From: an uncultured virus (IMG/VR IMGVR_UViG_3300012347_000249)
Lineage: Duplodnaviria > Heunggongvirae > Uroviricota > Caudoviricetes
Virus record (IMG/VR): IMGVR_UViG_3300012347_000249
DNA: 20,000 nucleotides
Strand: one strand, 5' to 3'
In this document: positions 14,805-20,000 of the stretch, one piece after another
Position numbering within the stretch: the stretch's first letter is position 1
How the letters are laid out: every line of letters starts with the position of its first letter
Notes under the pieces: model-generated
What the model saw: the letters and a program-made list of their open reading frames with translations, nothing else
What the model was told of the DNA's origin: nothing
Database searches by the model: none
Program-made: the position numbers and the translations under genes

Positions 14805-16058
14805 ATGTCTGCTGTCGCTGAAAAGAAAAAGCCCGTTGAAACAGATCCAAAGATCGACAACGCTGCTAAAGAAAAACTCATTACTGCACGTATCGGTCTG
14901 CTGCTCAAGGCACCATTCTTCGGTAATCTTGCAACCCGCATGAAGTTGGTTAATGCCGACGAGTGGTGCTCTACTGCTGCCACTGACGGTCGCACGTTCT
15001 ATTACAACAGTGTGTTCGTTAACAACATGCCGCTCAAGCAAGTTGAGTTCTTGGTAGGTCACGAAGTGCTCCACGCTGTTTACGACCACATGGGTCGTAC
15101 TGGCGCACGTGATCGCAAAATCATGAACATTGCTGCTGACTTTTGCGTTAACAGCGATTTGATTGATCAACGTGTAGGCGAGAAGATTACTGTTGTTCCT
15201 ATGCTGTACGATCCAAAGTACAAAGGCATGGCAATGGAAGAGATCTACGACGACTTGATGAACAACGCAAACAAGGTTGACATCAACAAGTTGGCTCAAC
15301 AAGTTTTGGACCAGCACTTGGATGGCGAAGGTGACGGCGATGGTGACGGTGATCAAGACGGCAATGGTCCTCCTCGTCTCAGCAAAGCAGATCGCGATGC
15401 TATCAAGGACGAGATCAAAGAAGCTATGTTGCAGGCTGCACAAGCATGTGGCGCAGGTAACTTGCCCGCAGGTGTTAAGCGTCTTGTTAAGGACTTGACC
15501 GAGCCAATGATTGGTTGGAAAGAGCTGTTGGAACAACAAATCCAAAGCACTATCAAGAGCGACTATACGTTTGCTCGCCCAGGTCGTAAGAGCTGGCACA
15601 TGGATGCAATCTTGCCAGGTACCAAGCCGGGTGAGACTATTGACGTGTTCATTGGCATCGACACTTCGGGTTCTATTACCGACAATGACTTGAAGATCTT
15701 CTTGAGCGAGATCAAAGGCATTATGGAATCGTACGATGAGTACAAGATCCATGTGGTTGGTTGGGATACCCAAGTTCACAACAGTGGTATCTTCACTAGC
15801 GAAAACCTTGCAGATATTGCAGAGTTCCATCCAGGTGGCGGCGGCGGCACTGACCCAATGTGCGTGTGGGAACACTTGATCCAAGAAGGCATTGAGCCTA
15901 AGAAATTGATCATGTTTACTGACTACTGCTTCTTTGGTTGGGATCCTAATAAGGTCGAAAGCTACTGCGACACTGTGTGGATTATCAAAGGTAATCCAAG
16001 TGCAGAGCCAGAGTTTGGTATCTGGGCTCACTACGAGGACGTGAAAAAGGGTAAGTAA
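14805..16058 (+). CDS. DUF2201-like protein: N-terminal HEXXH metallopeptidase domain plus C-terminal vWA domain; likely MoxR partner
   Basis: TAATDG, GHEVLH, NIAADFCVN, G/D-rich linker, MIDAS motif IDTSGS, GGGGTD, MFTD. Confidence 0.9.
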   Translation: MSAVAEKKKPVETDPKIDNAAKEKLITARIGLLLKAPFFGNLATRMKLVNADEWCSTAATDGRTFYYNSVFVNNMPLKQVEFLVGHEVLHAVYDHMGRTGARDRKIMNIAADFCVNSDLIDQRVGEKITVVPMLYDPKYKGMAMEEIYDDLMNNANKVDINKLAQQVLDQHLDGEGDGDGDGDQDGNGPPRLSKADRDAIKDEIKEAMLQAAQACGAGNLPAGVKRLVKDLTEPMIGWKELLEQQIQSTIKSDYTFARPGRKSWHMDAILPGTKPGETIDVFIGIDTSGSITDNDLKIFLSEIKGIMESYDEYKIHVVGWDTQVHNSGIFTSENLADIAEFHPGGGGGTDPMCVWEHLIQEGIEPKKLIMFTDYCFFGWDPNKVESYCDTVWIIKGNPSAEPEFGIWAHYEDVKKGK

Positions 16059-16064
16059 GATACA

Positions 16065-16090
16065 GTTAGGGCTTCGGCCCTAACCTTCTT
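16065..16090 (+). terminator. Hairpin with cUUCGg tetraloop; terminator or mRNA-stabilising
   Basis: GTTAGGGC-TTCG-GCCCTAAC followed by CTTCTT (weak U-tract). Confidence 0.7.
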
Positions 16091-16101
16091 AAAGGAACAA
16101 T

Positions 16102-16341
16102 ATGGATATCGATTCATCAGCACAATTTCTAGTATCAAGCATCTTAGTGGGCCTTGGCCTTTCTGCTATAGCTGTGGCACTAGTGTTTATTAACAACCTC
16201 TTGTCCAGATATTGGAAACCTGTTAAAATTTGGGTTCCAAGTTACTTCGATCACGGACCAACTCGCTTTATGACAGATGAAGAAGTTAACCGTGTCGCCC
16301 CGACAATGGATCAAACCCCTCCAACTTCAAAACCTAACTAA
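16102..16341 (+). CDS. Small single-pass membrane protein
   Basis: Hydrophobic stretch FLVSSILVGLGLSAIAVALVFI; AAGGA Shine-Dalgarno. Confidence 0.75.
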   Translation: MDIDSSAQFLVSSILVGLGLSAIAVALVFINNLLSRYWKPVKIWVPSYFDHGPTRFMTDEEVNRVAPTMDQTPPTSKPN

Positions 16342-16349
16342 GGAAAAAC

Positions 16350-16712
16350 ATGACTACACCTTCAAATGAACTTCTCGACGATATGCGTATGTCTCCCGAA
16401 GAGGAGATGGAACATATCAAGAATAGCACCTTGAACGCACCCAAAGACTACTTTGCTGCGGTTAAGCGTATTATGGAACTCGAGATGCGTCTTGAGGACT
16501 TGGCCCGTGCTAGCGAGATTGTTGAAATTACTCGACAATTCGAACTGTTCGAAGGCTTCCGCAAAGCAGCAGATGAGTCCTTGGAAAACAAGATGACCAT
16601 CAAGCGTGAAAACACAGGTGACATGAACCTTACTGTGGTCACTGGACAACTTGATCCTACACTTGCTGGCAAAGTTGCTGGACAAGTAAATCAACAACCG
16701 CAAGCTATCTAA
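16350..16712 (+). CDS. Hypothetical protein (120 aa, helical)
   Basis: TAAGGA Shine-Dalgarno; in operon context. Confidence 0.75.
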   Translation: MTTPSNELLDDMRMSPEEEMEHIKNSTLNAPKDYFAAVKRIMELEMRLEDLARASEIVEITRQFELFEGFRKAADESLENKMTIKRENTGDMNLTVVTGQLDPTLAGKVAGQVNQQPQAI

Positions 16713-16722
16713 GGAGAACTCT

Positions 16723-17415
16723 ATGTTTGCAACAGGCGTATATCGCGATGCACCCGCAATTAATGCGGCAATGGGCCGTGTGTACTTTTACATGATGACT
16801 GCTGTGCTTAACAGCATGTTGGTCAGCTATGTAATTGGCACCACCCCCGCACTGGCCCACTTTTTCCTAACCGGAATTATGCACTGGGTGGTAATCTTTG
16901 CACCATTGGTGGCAATTTTCTTCATCACTCCTGCTCTTGCAGCAGATCCACCTGCACCAGTTGCAGTAGGCATTCTACATGCCTTTGCGGCACTAATGGG
17001 ACTAAGTCTTAGTGTGATCTTTGTTGCATACGCAATGACCAGTATCTTTACAGCGTTCATGGGCGCCGCAGTGCTGTTTGGTACTATGAGCTTCTACGGT
17101 TACTTTACTAAGAAAGATCTTAGTGGAATGGGTAGCTTGCTGTTTGTTGGATTGATTGCAATCATCATTGCCAGTATTATCAATATCTTTATTGGTAGCA
17201 CAGTAATGCAAATGGTTATCAGTGCAATTGCAATCTTGATCTTCTTGGGCTTTACTGCGTATGACACACAGCAAATCCGTGAATCACTTAGTGTAGACAA
17301 TGAAGGCACAGCAGCACTTGAAGTAATCGGAGCATTGAGCTTGTACCTTGACTTCATTAACTTGTTTGTTAACTTGCTGCAACTTATTGGCGTAGCACCG
17401 GGCAACGACGACTAA
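16723..17415 (+). CDS. Bax inhibitor-1/YccA (TMBIM) family membrane protein
   Basis: About seven hydrophobic segments; signatures YGYFTKKDLS, TAYDTQQI, GALSLYLDFINLF; AAGGAG Shine-Dalgarno. Confidence 0.92.
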   Translation: MFATGVYRDAPAINAAMGRVYFYMMTAVLNSMLVSYVIGTTPALAHFFLTGIMHWVVIFAPLVAIFFITPALAADPPAPVAVGILHAFAALMGLSLSVIFVAYAMTSIFTAFMGAAVLFGTMSFYGYFTKKDLSGMGSLLFVGLIAIIIASIINIFIGSTVMQMVISAIAILIFLGFTAYDTQQIRESLSVDNEGTAALEVIGALSLYLDFINLFVNLLQLIGVAPGNDD

Positions 17416-17416
17416 C

Positions 17417-17710
17417 ATGCTAAAGCACAACGACCCTAACCCGTTGAGTGTGCATCAAATGCGGAGGGTAGATCACTTACCCCCGCATTTCACACCTGTG
17501 CTGTTTGGTATAGCCACACAAGAAAAGGCCATCACTGACTGGATCTGGGAAAACTTAGAAGGTCGATTCTTCTTTGGGGATTTTTACAGTGAAACCGAAA
17601 GCGGCTCTTTAGACACGCAAAAGGCCGCAGCATTTGAAAGTGCAGGGGAGGCAAGTATGTTTGCTCTTATCCTGGACACAATTAATCGTTACGATTACGT
17701 TATATCGTAA
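17417..17710 (+). CDS. Phage hypothetical protein (97 aa)
   Basis: ORF 1 nt after the previous stop; NPL..RR...PPHF, WIWENLEGRF, FES..EASMF.L pattern. Confidence 0.75.
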   Translation: MLKHNDPNPLSVHQMRRVDHLPPHFTPVLFGIATQEKAITDWIWENLEGRFFFGDFYSETESGSLDTQKAAAFESAGEASMFALILDTINRYDYVIS

Positions 17711-17735
17711 AAATATTTGGGGGGTTTCCTACTGT

Positions 17736-17743
17736 CGTAAATA
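17736..17743 (+). promoter_or_regulatory. Probable late promoter variant CGTAAATA
   Basis: TAAATA core in an intergenic gap 24 nt before ATG 17768; AGGA Shine-Dalgarno follows. Confidence 0.45.
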
Positions 17744-17767
17744 ACTATAGTTATTTCATAGGACAAC

Positions 17768-18007
17768 ATGGAAACCACTCAACCACAATCAAACACACAA
17801 CAACCAGAAGCGCCAAGTTTGCAAATCGCAGACTTGGTTCTCGTTCTGAAGTTAATCCAAGCCACTGCTCAACGCGGTGCAATTCGTGCAGAAGAAATGG
17901 CCGATATTGGCACACTGCACAATAAACTATTCCAATTTCTAAGTGCAGTAGGTGCAATACAGCCTGCACAAGAACAAAAACCCACTGAGGAGAATCAAAA
18001 TGGTTAA
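17768..18007 (+). CDS. Phage hypothetical protein (79 aa; LQIADL..RGAI.AEEM..IG.LHNKL..FL)
   Basis: TAGGA Shine-Dalgarno; pattern resembles a small protein family I recall from T4-like phages. Confidence 0.75.
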   Translation: METTQPQSNTQQPEAPSLQIADLVLVLKLIQATAQRGAIRAEEMADIGTLHNKLFQFLSAVGAIQPAQEQKPTEENQNG

Positions 18008-18686
18008 ACACGTTGGTAAACACAACGACAAGAAAGTCGTTATTCTATTCCGAGAAGTTCCGGGCGAAGAACACATGTGCCTAGTTGCGTATAGCGACTT
18101 GTTACCACGTTTGTTGCACGATGATCTAATGCGAGCAGTTGAAAGCGATAGCGGACAACAAGCACAAGAGATTAGCGAAGTTCTGAACCGTACATACATG
18201 AAAGACGGCACTATCATTCTGCAAAGTTTGCACCGCCAGGGCTTTATCAAGAAGGCTCCTACTAACCAAGTGTTAGTAACGCCAAACAATAAGTCTAGTG
18301 TACGTTTAGACGAACTAAACGGCATCTTAAACGAAATGAAAAAAGGTGACGAAGCTGTTAAACGTCTAGCCGAAATTGATGCCAGTCGCGGCATGACAGG
18401 CAAAGCACGTAAAGCAGAACCACGTGAAGTTGGTGTTGCCCCAAACAGCCGCAGCATTCCTGCACAAGGCAATGTTAGTGCCGAACAGTACTTAGGTGAA
18501 GTTTTAACTGACGAAGATCTAGCCAAGCAGCGTTTAACGCAGGCAGCTGAAATGAAACGTCAAGCAGAAGCAATGTTAGCAGAAGCAGCTCGACTAGAAG
18601 TCGAAGCAAAAAACTTAAATCCTACTACAGATGGCACAACAACAAGAACCAAAAAAGCCAAAGCGACCAAAAAGCAAGCGGCTTAA
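18000..18686 (+). CDS. Phage hypothetical protein (MVKHVG-type) with a C-terminal coiled coil and basic tail
   Basis: GAGGAG at 17987-92 supports ATG 18000 rather than the track start 17952. Confidence 0.8.
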   Translation: MVKHVGKHNDKKVVILFREVPGEEHMCLVAYSDLLPRLLHDDLMRAVESDSGQQAQEISEVLNRTYMKDGTIILQSLHRQGFIKKAPTNQVLVTPNNKSSVRLDELNGILNEMKKGDEAVKRLAEIDASRGMTGKARKAEPREVGVAPNSRSIPAQGNVSAEQYLGEVLTDEDLAKQRLTQAAEMKRQAEAMLAEAARLEVEAKNLNPTTDGTTTRTKKAKATKKQAA

Positions 18687-18978
18687 TTTAAGTAGTAAAA
18701 AACAGTGGGAGTCGATATTGAGAGATATCGACAAGCCAGATGTACCAATCGAAATGATGGAACGTGTGGTAGTTAGTTTAACAGACGGCACCACTGTTAT
18801 TATCGACATCAAAGCTATGCTAGCCGAAGGTGCAGATCCGGACTTCCTAAAAATACATTTAGACGAACGCCTGGACAGCCTGGATCACATTATCGAAGAC
18901 GTTGACTTCTACGTTAACGTTGACGAAGTACGTAAGACCGTACAACCCTTAACTGACAGTATTTTAAAAAATCTATGA
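18631..18978 (+). CDS. Hypothetical protein (up to 115 aa; start uncertain)
   Basis: Fills the gap to DHFR with an ATGA overlap; 56-nt overlap with the upstream gene if 18631 is the start. Confidence 0.7.
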   Translation: MAQQQEPKKPKRPKSKRLNLSSKKQWESILRDIDKPDVPIEMMERVVVSLTDGTTVIIDIKAMLAEGADPDFLKIHLDERLDSLDHIIEDVDFYVNVDEVRKTVQPLTDSILKNL

Positions 18979-19475
18979 TAAATGCCCTTTTTGCCGTTGA
19001 TAGGAACGGCGGAATGGGGTTTAATGGCACCATGCCATGGCCTCACAACTCCGCTGACCTTAAAAACTTTAAAGAACTAACTGATGGACATGTAGTCGTA
19101 ATGGGTCGCAAAACCTGGGACGACAAGAACATGCCCAAGCCCCTTAAAGGGCGAACCACATATGTTGCAACAAATGCAACATTCCTACAGCATACGTTGA
19201 CCATCAAGGGCAACATAAAGGAAGAAATCCTTGCATTAGAAAAGAAGCACCCCGATAAAACTATTTGGGTAGTTGGCGGTCCTGAGTTATTGGCACAATG
19301 CGATGGTGTGTTTGATCGTTTATACTTGACGCACTATAAGGGATCGTTTAAAATAGATACTAGATTAAACTTAAAAACGTTTTTATCTGGTTGGAGTCAG
19401 AAGTCCGCAACGGCAGATCCAACAACTAATTTCACAACGGTAATTTATGAGAGCTTATTTAAACGCCTTAAATGA
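18975..19475 (+). CDS. frd: Dihydrofolate reductase
   Basis: AVDRNGGMG..MPW....DL.NFK..T....VVMGRKTW, PL.GR, WVVGG motifs. Confidence 0.95.
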   Translation: MINALFAVDRNGGMGFNGTMPWPHNSADLKNFKELTDGHVVVMGRKTWDDKNMPKPLKGRTTYVATNATFLQHTLTIKGNIKEEILALEKKHPDKTIWVVGGPELLAQCDGVFDRLYLTHYKGSFKIDTRLNLKTFLSGWSQKSATADPTTNFTTVIYESLFKRLK

Positions 19476-20000
19476 AGTCCTGCAAAAGGGCACAGTAAAA
19501 GAAGACCGCACAGGCACTGGCACAATCAGCTATTTCGGCATGCAACAGCGTTACGATCTCAGTGAGACTTTCCCTGCCGTAACTACAAAGAAGCTAGCAT
19601 GGAAAAGTGTAGTCTCAGAGTTGCTGTGGTTCATTGAAGGATCAGGAGACGAAAAGCGGTTGCGAGAGATATTACATGGTAGCGCCGAGTCTAGCAAGAC
19701 AACTATCTGGACTGCCAATGCCACAGCACCTTACTGGCAACCCAAAGCACAGTTCGAAGGCGATCTAGGAAGAGTTTATGGTGTACAGTGGAGACACTGG
19801 CGCCATTATAAAGAGCAAAAGGAAATGGGTCCTGCCCACTTAGGCGGTGTGCGAGTAGCCGCTGATAGACATGAGGTTGATCAACTATTAGAACTAATCA
19901 ACGGCATTAAAGCAGACCCACACGGACGACGACATATATTATCTGCATGGAACCCAGGCGAATTAGAAGCTATGGCCCTGCCCCCGTGTCATACCTTTGC
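19447..20000 (+). CDS. thyA: Thymidylate synthase ThyA, 3'-truncated by the window edge; absent from the ORF track
   Basis: Manual translation: MRAYLNAL..EDRTGTGT..FPAVTTKKL..ELLWFIEG..DLGRVYGVQWR..GRRHILSAWNP..MALPPCH. Confidence 0.97.
   Translation, partial: MRAYLNALNEVLQKGTVKEDRTGTGTISYFGMQQRYDLSETFPAVTTKKLAWKSVVSELLWFIEGSGDEKRLREILHGSAESSKTTIWTANATAPYWQPKAQFEGDLGRVYGVQWRHWRHYKEQKEMGPAHLGGVRVAADRHEVDQLLELINGIKADPHGRRHILSAWNPGELEAMALPPCHTF

Larger units (their letters stand above)
1..20000 (+). other. Segment of a large T4-like/jumbo bacteriophage genome: late virion-cargo region followed by an early/middle and nucleotide-metabolism region
   Basis: Dense single-strand gene packing with ATGA/TAATG overlaps; TATAAATA box at 8375; cUUCGg hairpin; DHFR directly followed by thyA; many phage-type hypotheticals; no cellular housekeeping operon. 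Confidence 0.9.

Noticed and set aside
15321..15368. GAY-GGY repeat encoding DGEGDGDGDGDQDGNG
   Set aside because: Ordinary low-complexity linker between the peptidase and vWA domains
14727..16031. 434-aa minus-strand ORF
   Set aside because: Antisense shadow of the vWA/metallopeptidase gene
259..18812. Numerous short minus-strand and alternative-frame ORFs in the track
   Set aside because: All overlap better-supported + strand genes and show no recognisable motifs
1..20000. Stop-codon reassignment (no called gene ends in TAG)
   Set aside because: Genes are intact and tightly packed under the standard code, with no TAG-interrupted frames; TAG is simply rare

Overview
This window is a segment of a large lytic phage genome with T4-like (myovirus/jumbo-phage) features. 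All credible genes lie on the + strand. Evidence for the assignment: an exact T4 late-promoter box TATAAATA, a cUUCGg hairpin, an adjacent frd-td (DHFR-thyA) pair, and leaders resembling T4 internal-protein capsid-targeting sequences. Left part (1-11870): eight tightly coupled late genes that read as modular polyproteins, probably packaged in the head. Their domains are separated by [ILV]-x-E sites of the kind cut by T4 prohead protease gp21. Eleven of these sites are followed within a few residues by a conserved acidic 'DDMF[AS]' tag. Modules include a GNAT acetyltransferase, a HEXXH zincin-like domain, a Pol-beta-type nucleotidyltransferase, two paralogous 'RWCTA' domains and a repeated ~100-aa helical domain. 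The operon is followed by a candidate double-pseudoknot structured RNA (11877-11990). Right part (12000-20000): non-late promoters with a shared architecture (AAAATAWTT ... GGTAAA-N17-TAyAmT) and GTTGTA-N4-TACAAC palindromes. These precede small hypotheticals, a MoxR AAA+ ATPase with its DUF2201-like metallopeptidase/vWA partner, a Bax-inhibitor-1/YccA membrane protein, conserved phage hypotheticals, DHFR and a 3'-truncated thymidylate synthase. All calls come from motif reading by eye; no searches were run.
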